Shown here: piece by piece, positions 29,060 through 38,843 of the stretch
Layout: each line of letters starts with the position of its first letter
Numbering within the stretch: position 1 is the first letter of the stretch
Source: an uncultured Acidobacteriota bacterium
Lineage (GTDB): Bacteria; Acidobacteriota; Thermoanaerobaculia; UBA5066; Gp7-AA6
Assembly (NCBI GenBank): GCA_963782585.1
Contig: CAWAKL010000001.1
Span: 250,133 to 314,132, forward strand
Reading direction: 5' to 3'
DNA length: 64,000 nucleotides
The notes under the pieces: generated by a model
Seen by the model: only the letters and a program-made list of their open reading frames with translations
Databases searched by the model: none
What the model was told of the DNA's origin: nothing
Translations under genes and position numbers: made by a program

Positions 29060-31760
29060 ACGAAACCGCAGCAGCGGAGCTCGCGGGCGGCCGGCGGAGA
29101 ATCTCCGGCCGGCTCGCCGCGGCCCTGCTCCTCTTCGCGGCGCTCGCCGTCGCTTCCCGCTTCTGGGCGCTCGGCGACCGGCCCCTCCACCACGACGAGT
29201 CGATCCACGCCTATCAATCGTGGACGCTCTCGCGGGGAGGCGACTGGCGCTATGACCCCGCGTACCACGGCCCGTTCCTCTACTACCTGAACGCCCTCGT
29301 CTACAAGATCTTCGGCGCCACCGACGCGACGGCGCGCCTCGCGCCGGCGTTCTTCGGAGTGATCCTCATCGCGTTTGCCTTCCCGCTCGCCCGCTGGCTC
29401 GGCCGCAAGGCCGCCGTGGCCTACGCGATCTTCGTCCTGCTGACCGCGCACTATCTCTATTTCTCCCGGTTCATCCGCGAGGATCTCTATTCGCTGGTCT
29501 TCACGCTCGGCACGATCGTCGCCTTCCAGCGGTTCCTGGAGACGGACCGGGCGCGATGGCTGCTCGGCTCGGCGGCCTGCTTCGCCTTCGCCGGGGTCAC
29601 GAAGGAGAACGCCTACATGACCGGCGTCCTCTTCGTCGCGTACGGGCTCTGGTGCCTCATCCGCACCGCGCCCTCGCCGGCGGGCCCCAAACCCGGTGCC
29701 GCCGTGGCGGCCGGCTGGCGCTGGACGATCGCGCGCATCGCGCCGGTCGTCTCGGCCGGCCTGCTCTTCCTCGTCATCTGGGCGGCGATGTACACGGCCT
29801 TCGGCAAGTACCCCGGCGACTGGCTCGCGATCCCCAAGGCCGTCAAGTACTGGATGGGCCAGCACGCCATCGCCCGCATCCCGGGGCCCTGGTGGTACTA
29901 CTTCCCGCAGCTCGCCGCCTACGACACCGCGATCGTCGTCGCCGCGCTCTTCGCGTTTCGCCGGCGCGACTGGCGTACCGATCCCTTGCTCCGGACGGTC
30001 CTCGTGGCGCTTCCCCTCTTCGCCGCCTATGTCGCTCTGCATGAGTGGAAGCCCGCCTTCGGCGGGCCCGCGCTGCTCGTGGCGCTCGGCCTGTCCGTCG
30101 TGGCGTTCGTGGTCGCCGGATGGGTCTGGAAACCGCCACCGGTCTCGGAGCTCTCTCCCTTCCTCCAGTTCGTCGCCTTCTGGGCCGTCGGCTCGCTCGC
30201 CATCTACGCATGGGCCCGCGAGAAGGTGCCCTGGCTCACGGTCCATCCCCTTCTGCCTCTGACGGTGCTCGCCGCCATCGGCGTCGCGCGGCTCTGGGAG
30301 GAGCGGCCGAAGCCCTATGCGCGCGCCGGTCTCGTCGCCATCGCCGCGCTTCTCGCGGTCAACGCCTGGGGCGCGTACCTCGCGGCCTTCCGCTACGGAG
30401 CGCACGACGTCGAAAAAGTGCCCGGGCACGCCGAGATGCTCGCGTACGTGCAGACCTCGGAGGATCTCGTCCGCTCCCTTCGCGCCGTTCAGCAGGCGAA
30501 GGGGCGGGTGCCCGACGGCCAGAACCTCGTCACCGTCGCGGGTGAAGCCGCCTGGCCCCTGACCTGGTACCTGCGCGACATCCCGACGACGTGGGCCTCG
30601 CGGATCGAGCAGGCCTCGACACCGGTCATCATCGCGGACTGGGACGCCGAGGGGGCGCTCGAGAAGCAGCTCAGCGACAAGTACGACGCGAAGCGCGTGC
30701 CGATTCGCGCCTGGTGGTTCCCGGAGATTCGCAAGGAAGCGGGGAAACCCACCCGCCCGAGCTTCCGCGACATGCTCCGCCTCTGGCTCTTCCACGAGAT
30801 CTGGAGCCCGATCGGGTCGCAGGACGCGACCGTCTACGTCCGCAAGGACCTCGGCGGCAGCGGCATGCTCGAGCCGCTCTCGGTCGAGGTGCAGGACACG
30901 TCCGCGCGGGACTACCCCAACGAAGCCGTGGAGCTTCCCGCGGGACGCGAGTTCGGCGGACCCGGCGCGGGCCCCGGCCAGCTCTCCGAGCCGCGAGGAG
31001 TCGCCGCGGACGCGAAGGGCAACCTCTACGTCGCGGATTCGAAGAACAGCCGGATCGCGATCTTCGACGGCAACGGTGCGTTCCTGCGGACGGTCGGTTC
31101 TCGGGGCGACGGCGACGGCCAGCTCAACGAGCCGAGCGGCGTCGCCGTCGGGCCGGACGGCGAGATCTACGTCGCCGACACCTGGAACCACCGCGTCGCG
31201 CGCTTCGGGCCGAACGGGGAGTGGCGCGGGCAGTGGAAGGATTCGGACCGTGCTTTCTTCGGTCCGCGCGCGGCCGTCCTCTCGGGCGGATCCTTTACGT
31301 CGCCGACACGGGAAACAAGCGGATCGTCCGCTTCGACGCCGAGGGCAACGTCGCGGGCTCCTGGGGGGGCGCCGGAAACGGACCTGGCCAGTTCGTCGAG
31401 CCCGTCGGGCTCGCCGCGGACGCGGGAGGGCGGATCTACGTCGCGGACACCGGCAACCACCGTGTCCAGGTCTTCGAGGCCGACGGCCGGTTCGTCCGGC
31501 AGTTCCCCGTCTACGGCTGGAAGGATTTCTACACCGAGCCCTACCTCGCCGTGGGCCCGTCCGACGGCGTCTTCGTCACGGATTCCTGGAAGGGCCGGAT
31601 CGCGCACTACGACGCGGCGGGCAATCTCCAGAAGTCGTACTCGGCGAAGGGGCTGAAGAGTCCGACGGGGATCGCGCTCGATGCGTTCGGGAGGGTGTTC
31701 GTTTCGGACCGCGGACAGAACCGGATCGTCTCGTGGGGGCTCGCCGACTTGATGAGGTAG
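29056..31760 (+). CDS. PMT-like GT-C membrane glycosyltransferase (TIGR03663-like) fused to a C-terminal NHL-repeat propeller; apparent single-base frameshift near 31265-31275
   Basis: TTG 29056 overlaps the upstream stop (TTGA). The N-terminal membrane domain is in frame 1 up to …FFGPR. The NHL repeats (YVADTGNKRIV, YVADTGNHRVQ) continue in frame 0 to stop at 31760. Confidence 0.7.
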
Positions 31761-31763
31761 TCG

Positions 31764-33806
31764 CTACCTCAGCCGCACCTCGCGGAGATGCACATGCTGG
31801 GGCTCTCCGGCGTTCACGTCCCGCACCGAGATTCTCACCGTCGCCACCGGGCCGCCGATCGGCGGTAGCGGCACCGTCACCGTGGGGTCGGCAGGCAAGT
31901 CCCGGTAGAGCTGCGAGAAAGACCCCTCTCCCGATGGCCCGGAGACGTCGACCGTGATCTCGCAGTGCATGCTGCCGAGCGTCAGAGCCAGCTCCCGAAG
32001 CGGCCGCGGCGGGTCGAAGTGGACGGCCACGACCGCGGGATTCGCGCCCCCGGTTCGGACGACCGAAGCATCCTCGCCGTCGAAGAGGTGGAACGCTCCG
32101 CCGACGTCGAAGACGGAATGTTCGACTTCGGCTTTCGCGCCGCCGATAACGACCTCTTCCCTCACGAGCCTTCGCCATTCCTGCTGCTCGGCCGCGAGAA
32201 CCTTCTCGAATTCCGGCGCGTAGCGCAGCCAGACGGCGCGGAACCCGGGCCGGCCGTCGGGGTACAGAATCGTCTTCTCGAGGCGCAGCGGCTCGAAGCG
32301 CGGGTCGGCCTTCGCCTGCTGATATTCGGGCTCCGTCAGGACGGCGAGGGTCTCCGCGGGGATGTCCTGCTTCTGATAGCGGAACCAGTCGATGTTGGCG
32401 ACCAGCATGCGCTCCTGCCCGGGAACGAAAAACTCCAGAAGGTCGTCCATGCCGTTGGCCCAGTCCGGTGAGACCACGATGAGGGCGTCGGGGTGACGCT
32501 TTCTCAGCCGCGCGACCTCGCCAAGGACCTCGCGCCCCCCCCACTGCATTCCGTAAAGGCCGTAGTCGCGATACCACGTCGGTCCGTGGACGAGGGCGTC
32601 GGCGAGCATCGCCCCCTGCGACACGGCGAGGCCCGCCCAGACGAGCGCGCCGACGACGATCGGGCGCACCCATCGCGTGAGAAACCGCAGAAGAGGATCC
32701 GCGGCGACTCCGACGAGCATCCCGAACACGACGACCAGGATCATCGCCCGCGTGATGCCGGAGTGGACGATGGCCGCTCCGGCCGGCGCGCAGAGGAAGG
32801 CCACGAGCAGGGTGCGCTCGCCGGGTGAGCGGATCCGCCAGGCGCAGAGGACCGCGCCGGCCACGATGAAGGGCAGGGCCAGCAACGGAACGTGCGTGTA
32901 ACCCTTCATCGTGTGGCGGGCGATGTCGTCCGGCGGATTCGGGCGGAACCAGTACCGCGGGTTGTAGGCGTTGGCGTACTCGCGGCCATAGAGGCCGAGC
33001 TTCTCCGGCAGACTGCGCCGGGAGTCCGTCCAGTAGGAGTCGAGGCTCCGCAGGCGCTCCCCGACTTCGCGCGAGTGCGCCCGGACGAATCTCACGTACG
33101 GGAGCGCGAGAAGAACGGCCAGGGCCGCGGCGGCGAGTACCGTCCGGCGGTTCTTCCAGTGGAATCGGGCGTCGACGACTCCGAGCAGCAGCGCCGTCGC
33201 GACGATGACCGGCTGGAACGTGTTGTACCCGTAAAACGTGAGGGCGCCGAAGACGGCGGCGGCGTAGAGCGAGCGGGTTCGCCCGCCCCGGTAGCGCAGG
33301 TAGAAGTAGAGGAACCAGACGTAGGCCGCGGTCGCGAGCATGAGCTCGAAGGCGATGCGCGTGTGCAGGAACCATCCCGGGAAGCCGGAGAGCGCGAGGA
33401 TGCCGACCCAGTAGAAACGGAGCTTCAGGAAGTCGCGGAGGATCAGGCCGGCCGCCAGCATGGCCGAGAAGAGGACAGCGACCGGCACAGCGCGCGCGAC
33501 GAAGACCGACCGGGGCAGGAGCTTCTCCGGAAGAACCTGGAGGTAGACGCCGACGCTCAGGTTGAAGAACTCGGTGTTGCGGAAGTAGGCCGGAAAGAGC
33601 TCGCCCTTCTCGCCGCGAAACCCGTTGGCCGAGAGGCGCGCGGCCTGGACGGTCTGCACGGCCTCATCGCAGAAGAAGAAGATCGGGAACCTCTCGAGGC
33701 CCCAGAGCCGGGTCCCGAGAAAGACGGCGAGCGTCAGCGCGAAGAAGACGAGGTTTTGCCGGGGCGTGGGGCCGTCGCGGCCTTCGCCCATCGCCCTCGC
33801 GTCCAT
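31764..33806 (-). CDS. PMT/ArnT-like GT-C membrane glycosyltransferase with a C-terminal beta-sandwich (galactose-binding-like) domain
   Basis: 680 aa. FFCDEAVQ (DE motif) precedes multiple TM segments. Convergent with gene 29056..31760. Confidence 0.75.
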   Translation of the reverse strand: MDARAMGEGRDGPTPRQNLVFFALTLAVFLGTRLWGLERFPIFFFCDEAVQTVQAARLSANGFRGEKGELFPAYFRNTEFFNLSVGVYLQVLPEKLLPRSVFVARAVPVAVLFSAMLAAGLILRDFLKLRFYWVGILALSGFPGWFLHTRIAFELMLATAAYVWFLYFYLRYRGGRTRSLYAAAVFGALTFYGYNTFQPVIVATALLLGVVDARFHWKNRRTVLAAAALAVLLALPYVRFVRAHSREVGERLRSLDSYWTDSRRSLPEKLGLYGREYANAYNPRYWFRPNPPDDIARHTMKGYTHVPLLALPFIVAGAVLCAWRIRSPGERTLLVAFLCAPAGAAIVHSGITRAMILVVVFGMLVGVAADPLLRFLTRWVRPIVVGALVWAGLAVSQGAMLADALVHGPTWYRDYGLYGMQWGGREVLGEVARLRKRHPDALIVVSPDWANGMDDLLEFFVPGQERMLVANIDWFRYQKQDIPAETLAVLTEPEYQQAKADPRFEPLRLEKTILYPDGRPGFRAVWLRYAPEFEKVLAAEQQEWRRLVREEVVIGGAKAEVEHSVFDVGGAFHLFDGEDASVVRTGGANPAVVAVHFDPPRPLRELALTLGSMHCEITVDVSGPSGEGSFSQLYRDLPADPTVTVPLPPIGGPVATVRISVRDVNAGEPQHVHLREVRLR

Positions 33807-33819
33807 GCTCCGCCGGCGC

Positions 33820-34383
33820 TCAGCGAAGCTTGAGCGTACGAATGTGGATGTGGCCGTCGTCGCTGTCGAGGTCGAGAATCTCGAGGCGGAGGGACTCGAT
33901 CGGGGTGCCGCCCGTGTCGAAGTCCAGCTCGAGCTCCGGGTCCGCTCCCGCGCCGCGGAAGTCCTTCGTGTAGGTCTTCGGCGCGCCGCCTCCGGCGGGC
34001 TGTACGATCGCGGTCACCCGGAATTCCGCGCCCCCCATCTTGAGAGAGACGCCGCCGAGCGGACGGGCCTCCGGAAGCTTCAGCTCGAGGATCGCCGGGT
34101 TCGCTTTCTCGGTGCGCGCCATCGAGGCGGGATTCGTGTCGAACATGTCCGAGGTCTGTCCGCCGTCCCACTTGCTGTGCGTGACGAGGACGAGATGCCC
34201 GTCGAGGAGCGCCTTGTCCGAGACGAGGGCCGGGGCGGCAGCGGCCGCCGCTTCTCCGGAGGCCGCCGGGCCCCCGCCGGCGGCGGGAGGAGCCGCGGCG
34301 CCACCCGCCGCTTCCTTCCGGGAGCACGCCGGGGAAAACAACGCAAGACTCAGAACGAGAGCCGTCAGGCCGCGTTTCGACAC
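33820..34383 (-). CDS. Lipoprotein (signal peptide + Cys, …LALFSPAC) carrying a stand-alone copy of the beta-sandwich domain found at the C-terminus of the downstream GT-C gene
   Basis: GTG 34383 preceded by GGAGG. The tail (HIHIRTLKLR) parallels …HVHLREVRLR of gene 31764..33806. Confidence 0.7.
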   Translation of the reverse strand: MSKRGLTALVLSLALFSPACSRKEAAGGAAAPPAAGGGPAASGEAAAAAAPALVSDKALLDGHLVLVTHSKWDGGQTSDMFDTNPASMARTEKANPAILELKLPEARPLGGVSLKMGGAEFRVTAIVQPAGGGAPKTYTKDFRGAGADPELELDFDTGGTPIESLRLEILDLDSDDGHIHIRTLKLR

Positions 34384-34460
34384 GCTTCCTCCCTTGTTTC
34401 GGATGCTTCTGTACGCGCGATTTTACCGCACCGCCGCGCCGGGTTATCATCGAAGCACAC

Positions 34461-36482
34461 TTGATTCACACGTCGGACTTCGCCCCCGCGCGCGACGAGG
34501 CGGGTTCGTCGTTCGCGGATCCGGCGGCGCGCGCTTCCAGCGGTCTGCTCGCCCTCGGGATCGCCGGCGTCCTGCTTCTGACGGCCGCCTGCTGGCCGAT
34601 GCAGCGGCACGCGCTCCCGGCCTGGGCGGCCGCGACCCTCGCGGCTGGCCTCCTCTCGTGGCTCGCCGTCGCCTGGAAATCGGCCGGCGCGGCGGAGGCG
34701 TTGCCCGGGATCGCGCCGGCGCCGGCCAACGTCAACTGGCTGGCCCCCGCGCTCCTCGCCGCCCTCGCGCTCGCAGCTCTCTCCTGGACGCGCACGGCGT
34801 CCGGCCGGTTCGAGATGGTTGGCGTCGCCTCCTGGCTCGGCGCGGTCGTGATCTGGCTCTGGGGGTGGTCGCAGAGCTTCCACGAGACGCCTCGCGACGC
34901 GCGGCCCGCGCCACCGGCGCCAGCGTCTCCCCGCGCTCGACTGTCCGTGGGGCTCGCCCTCCTCGCCATTCTCGCCGTCGGCGCGTTCTTCCGGTTCCAC
35001 GACCTCGCCGGAATTCCTCCGCATCCCGGAAGCGATCATGCCGAGGACCTCCTGAACGTCGAGCAGCTCTCGCGAGGGGAGCGGCCCGTCTTCTTCCCGA
35101 CGAACACGGGGCAGGCGCCGCTCCCCTTCTACTTCGAGTACCTGCTGGTGAAACTCGGCCTGCCGATCAACTACCTCATGCTCAAGATCTCGACCGCCCT
35201 CGTGGGGATGCTCGCGATCCCGGCGATGTACGTTGTCGGCCGCGAGCTCGGCGGCGCGCCCCTCGGGCTCGTGGCCGCCGCGCTGTGCGCCTGGAGCAAG
35301 TGGCCGACGCTGGGCGCACGCCGGGGCCTCACGTTCGCGTGGGCGGTCTTCCCGGCGGCCCTCTTCCTGGCGGCGATCCTCCGGTACATGCGGCGAGGCG
35401 ATCGTCCGAGCGCGCTCTCCGCGGGCTTCTGGCTGGGCCTCGGCCAGTACGGATACAACGCTTTCAAGATCGTCCCGGCGATGGTGCCCCTCGCCTTCGG
35501 GCTCTGCCTCTTCGATCGGCGCTGGAGGCGCCATCGCGGGCGGCTCGTCTTCGACGGCGTCCTCGTCGCGGCCACGGCCCTGCTCGTGTTCCTGCCGCTG
35601 CTCCAGTACATGTTGCAGCGTCCCCAGGACTTCTGGTACCGCGCGATGACGCGCGCGGGCAGCCAGGAGAGGCCGCTCCCCGGCTCGCCCGCCGCCCTCT
35701 TCGCCGGAAACCTCGGCCGCATGGCCCTGGCTTTCCACTACCGCGGGGATCAGGCCTGGATCAACACCGTGGCGGAGGAGCCGTTTCTCGATCCCGTCAC
35801 GGGCGCGTTGCTGCTCGCTGGCCTCGTCGTCGCGGCCGTTCTGATCGTTCGAGGCTCGACCCGCTGGGCCCTCGTGGTCCTCTCCCTGTTCGTGCTGACG
35901 CTCGCCTCGACGCTCGCGCTCGCCTTCCCGGTCGAGAACCCCGGGATCAACCGCGCCTCTGTGGCCATCCCCTCCGTTCTCGTGCTCGCGGGGTTGCCGG
36001 TCGTCTGGCTGCTGCGCCGGGCGCGGGAACGCGGACGCGGATGGCTGTTGGTCGCCGGCGGCGTTCTCGCGGCGCTGGGCGCGCTGTCCCTCCAGCAGAA
36101 CTACGAGAGTTACTTCGTGCGCTTTCGCCACGAGCAGGTGACGATCCTCGAGCCAACCATGGACGTCGTGCGGGTCATGCGCGAGTACCGCGACAACGAG
36201 GGCGTCCCGTTCGACAACGCCTATCTCCTCAACACGACGAACTGGATCGACGGCCGCTGCATCGACTTCGAGATCGGGGACCGCCTCTGGTCCGGGCCCC
36301 ACGACGTCCCGCCCGCACAGCCGGTGCCCCTCATCCGGGACCGGCCGCTCGTGTTCTTCGTCCACCAGAGCGACCGCCCGCGCCGGGAGCAGCTCAAGAC
36401 CGACTACCCGAACGCCGAGGAACACTTCGTCGCGCAGCCGTTCCGGGACCGGAGCTACTTCACGTATTTCGTTCCGCGCTGA
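34461..36482 (+). CDS. Glycosyltransferase family 39 (ArnT/PMT-like) GT-C membrane protein
   Basis: 673 aa. TTG 34461; an alternative ATG is at 34599. Has PGSDHAED (DE-type motif) and many TM helices. Confidence 0.7.
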   Translation: MIHTSDFAPARDEAGSSFADPAARASSGLLALGIAGVLLLTAACWPMQRHALPAWAAATLAAGLLSWLAVAWKSAGAAEALPGIAPAPANVNWLAPALLAALALAALSWTRTASGRFEMVGVASWLGAVVIWLWGWSQSFHETPRDARPAPPAPASPRARLSVGLALLAILAVGAFFRFHDLAGIPPHPGSDHAEDLLNVEQLSRGERPVFFPTNTGQAPLPFYFEYLLVKLGLPINYLMLKISTALVGMLAIPAMYVVGRELGGAPLGLVAAALCAWSKWPTLGARRGLTFAWAVFPAALFLAAILRYMRRGDRPSALSAGFWLGLGQYGYNAFKIVPAMVPLAFGLCLFDRRWRRHRGRLVFDGVLVAATALLVFLPLLQYMLQRPQDFWYRAMTRAGSQERPLPGSPAALFAGNLGRMALAFHYRGDQAWINTVAEEPFLDPVTGALLLAGLVVAAVLIVRGSTRWALVVLSLFVLTLASTLALAFPVENPGINRASVAIPSVLVLAGLPVVWLLRRARERGRGWLLVAGGVLAALGALSLQQNYESYFVRFRHEQVTILEPTMDVVRVMREYRDNEGVPFDNAYLLNTTNWIDGRCIDFEIGDRLWSGPHDVPPAQPVPLIRDRPLVFFVHQSDRPRREQLKTDYPNAEEHFVAQPFRDRSYFTYFVPR

Positions 36483-36490
36483 GGCGCCGC

Positions 36491-36521
36491 CAAAGAAAAC
36501 GGCCGGCCCGAAGGCCGGCCG
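36491..36521 (-). terminator. Intrinsic terminator for the SLH-protein gene: perfect 9-bp GC stem (CGGCCGGCC / GGCCGGCCG), 4-nt loop, then TTTTCTTT on the minus strand
   Basis: Read from sequence. Lies 22 nt downstream of the minus-strand stop (36543) and 18 nt downstream of the plus-strand stop (36482). Confidence 0.6.
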
Positions 36522-36542
36522 TCGCACAAACGGAACTCGGGG

Positions 36543-37361
36543 TTATTCCCAGCCGAGGCCGAGGGCCTTCGCGAGGAACGTCGCCATCTGCCCGCGGGTC
36601 ACCGGGCTGTCGGGGCAGAACAGCGGCGGCGCCTGCTGACACCCGCCGGTCACACCCGACGCCGCGAGGGCCTCGATGAACTGGAAGAAGATGTGGCCCG
36701 TCGGCACGTCGTTAAACGTCGCAACGGCCGGCGCGGGAGACGGTTCGAGGACGTAACCCAGAACGACGCCCGAAAAGCTGTTGGTCCCGTCGCTCGCTCC
36801 GAATTTGACGTCCAGCAGCGTCTGGCCGAGGAAGTTGTTCACGCGGTGGCTGATCGCGCTGTCCGTGACGATGTGGCACGGGTCGGGAACATCGCTCACC
36901 GTCGTGAGGCTCGTCAGGGGCGTGTCGTCGCAGAAACCTTCGAAGTCGCAATTCCAGACTGTGAGGTTCAGGTGCAAGTCTGTCGTGCTGGCGTCGCAAG
37001 CGTCGAGCTCCACATAAACGATGCGGGCACCGCCGGGGATGGTCGGCGACGAAACGAGATGGTTGAAGCCATCGCCGACGAAGTACCGCTGGTAGTCATA
37101 GCCGTCGAAGTCCGGATTCCACGTGCTCGTGTAAGTGTCGGTGCTGACATCGGAGGTGAACTGCATCACCGAGACTCGCTGGTACTGAATGCCGACGCCG
37201 CCGAACTCGGGGGACATCAGCGGCCGCACTTTCGGGGTTCTGGGGCTCGTGTTCCGAAGAGGCTGGGCCCTCTTCTTCGACGCCGAGGCCTCCTGACCCA
37301 TCGCGATACCTGCCGCGAAGACCGAAACGAACGACAAGGCGAGGATTCCCCTGATTTTCAT
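36543..37361 (-). CDS. Secreted protein with a C-terminal S-layer-homology (SLH) domain; visibly lower GC than its neighbours
   Basis: Signal peptide MKIRGILALSFVSVFAAGIAMGQEA. The C-terminus (FNDVPTGHIFFQFIEALAASGVTGG…VTRGQMATFLAKALGL) fits the SLH pattern. RBS is AAGGAGCCGGAG-ATG. Confidence 0.7.
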   Translation of the reverse strand: MKIRGILALSFVSVFAAGIAMGQEASASKKRAQPLRNTSPRTPKVRPLMSPEFGGVGIQYQRVSVMQFTSDVSTDTYTSTWNPDFDGYDYQRYFVGDGFNHLVSSPTIPGGARIVYVELDACDASTTDLHLNLTVWNCDFEGFCDDTPLTSLTTVSDVPDPCHIVTDSAISHRVNNFLGQTLLDVKFGASDGTNSFSGVVLGYVLEPSPAPAVATFNDVPTGHIFFQFIEALAASGVTGGCQQAPPLFCPDSPVTRGQMATFLAKALGLGWE

Positions 37362-37484
37362 CTCCGGCTCCTTCCCAAATGAAATAAAAACTCCGTTCCC
37401 CGTAGAGAGAGAACCGCCCGCGAAGTCCGAGGCAAGGAAGCAGTGCCGGCTATTCTACCAGCGCAGACCCGTGAGGGAGGTCAC
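37362..37484 (-). promoter_or_regulatory. AT-richer upstream/leader region of the SLH gene containing a TAGAAT -10-like hexamer and a long leader
   Basis: Local drop in GC (…ggtagaatagcc… / …gagtttttatttcatttgggaaggagccggagATG on the minus strand). No experimental support. Confidence 0.25.
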
Positions 37485-38843
37485 CTACGAGCGGAAAACC
37501 TTCTCCTCGCTTCCGTCCAGCCAGCGGTCGACGAGCTCGACACCCTGCATCAGCGAGTGGTCCTGGTTTCCGATCTCGTACTTCCAGGAGCCGAAGCGGC
37601 CGCGCGAGAAGATCCCGCGGGGCTCGAGGTAGGCGTGGATCGTCTCCAGGGCCGGGTTCCGATCGGTCGACGGGATCGGATAGGAGTGGCCGGCGTGGAT
37701 CAGGAACACCGTCTCGATGAGCGGCAGGTCGGACGGTTGGAGGATGCCCTCCGCCACCAGCCCGTCCACGACGGCCTTGCCGAAGTCCCCCTTCGGGAGC
37801 GGCTTGAACTTCGAGTAGGACGTCTCGGTCAGGACCGAGAAGTACCGGCTCGTGTCGCCTCCCGGCACGATCTGGGGCGAGTAGTTGGAGAGGTACGTCA
37901 TCCGGTAGAACGGCGTCTCCAGGTTCGGGAAGTAGATCCAGTTCTTGTCCGACGGCGACGGCCGCTTGAGGCCGATGCCGACCGAGAAGAGGCGGTTGAA
38001 GAGCAGCTTCGAGGCCGCGGCGCGCACGCTCTCGGGGGCGCGCGTCAGGCGCGCGACGAGCGCGTCGAGGGGCATCGTCGAGAGCAGCCGGTCGTACGAC
38101 CGCGTGGAGCCGTCGGCGAACGTGACTTCCCGCTTCTCCTCGTCGATCGAGACCACCCGCTTGTGGAGGCGGACGCGATCGCCCAGAAACGGGAGGACAG
38201 CCTTCCAGAGCCCGAGCGTTCCGCCGCGCGCCGGATAACCGAACTTGGCGTTGGGACCCCACTCCGTGGATCTCGGAACGAGCGTCGTCTCGATGGCCTT
38301 CCGCCAGTCCACGACCGAGACCCGCTCGGCGATCCAGTAGTGCCCCATCTTCGCGAGCGGCGTCGCCCAGACCTTGAAGTTGTAGGGGTTCATGAAGTGC
38401 TTGGCGATGCCGGCGCCGAACTTCGCGAGCACCCACTCCTCGAAGTTCGTGAAGGCCTTGTCCTTCGAGATGGTCTGGGACTCGACGAGGCCGATCAGGC
38501 ACTCGAGCATCGCCTGTTCGGGGAGCGAGGAGAGGTGGTTCTGGAACGGGTAGCGGACGTACTTGTCCTCGAACTTGATCCAGCTCTCCCGATCGATCCA
38601 GCGGATCCCGTCCGAGCCGAGGACCTTCGCGAGGAAATCGTTGAAGTACTTGTAGCCGGAAAAGATGATGTGGCCCGAGACGTCCCACGTCCAGCCCTTC
38701 GGGTCGACGAAGCTCGTCGCGAGCCCGCCGACCTGGCCGGCGCGTTCGAAGATCTCGAAGCCCGTCTCGCCCCGTTCGACGAGCCGGTAGGCCGCGCCGA
38801 GCCCGGTCGGGCCGGCGCCCAGGATGACGGTGCCGCCGCTCAC
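37485..38843 (-). CDS. glf: UDP-galactopyranose mutase, eukaryote-type (long-form) family
   Basis: GTG 38843 overlaps the GT2 stop (GTGA). From memory, blocks match fungal/protozoan UGM: ILGAGPTGLGAAYRL, YPFQNH, FMNPYNFKVWA, WGPNAKFGYPARGG, SRGRFGSWKYEIGNQDHSLMQGVELVD. Confidence 0.75.
   Translation of the reverse strand: MSGGTVILGAGPTGLGAAYRLVERGETGFEIFERAGQVGGLATSFVDPKGWTWDVSGHIIFSGYKYFNDFLAKVLGSDGIRWIDRESWIKFEDKYVRYPFQNHLSSLPEQAMLECLIGLVESQTISKDKAFTNFEEWVLAKFGAGIAKHFMNPYNFKVWATPLAKMGHYWIAERVSVVDWRKAIETTLVPRSTEWGPNAKFGYPARGGTLGLWKAVLPFLGDRVRLHKRVVSIDEEKREVTFADGSTRSYDRLLSTMPLDALVARLTRAPESVRAAASKLLFNRLFSVGIGLKRPSPSDKNWIYFPNLETPFYRMTYLSNYSPQIVPGGDTSRYFSVLTETSYSKFKPLPKGDFGKAVVDGLVAEGILQPSDLPLIETVFLIHAGHSYPIPSTDRNPALETIHAYLEPRGIFSRGRFGSWKYEIGNQDHSLMQGVELVDRWLDGSEEKVFRS

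Noticed and set aside
28963-36527. 742-aa and 720-aa minus-strand ORFs antisense to GT-C genes
   Set aside because: Low-complexity and antisense to conserved membrane proteins.
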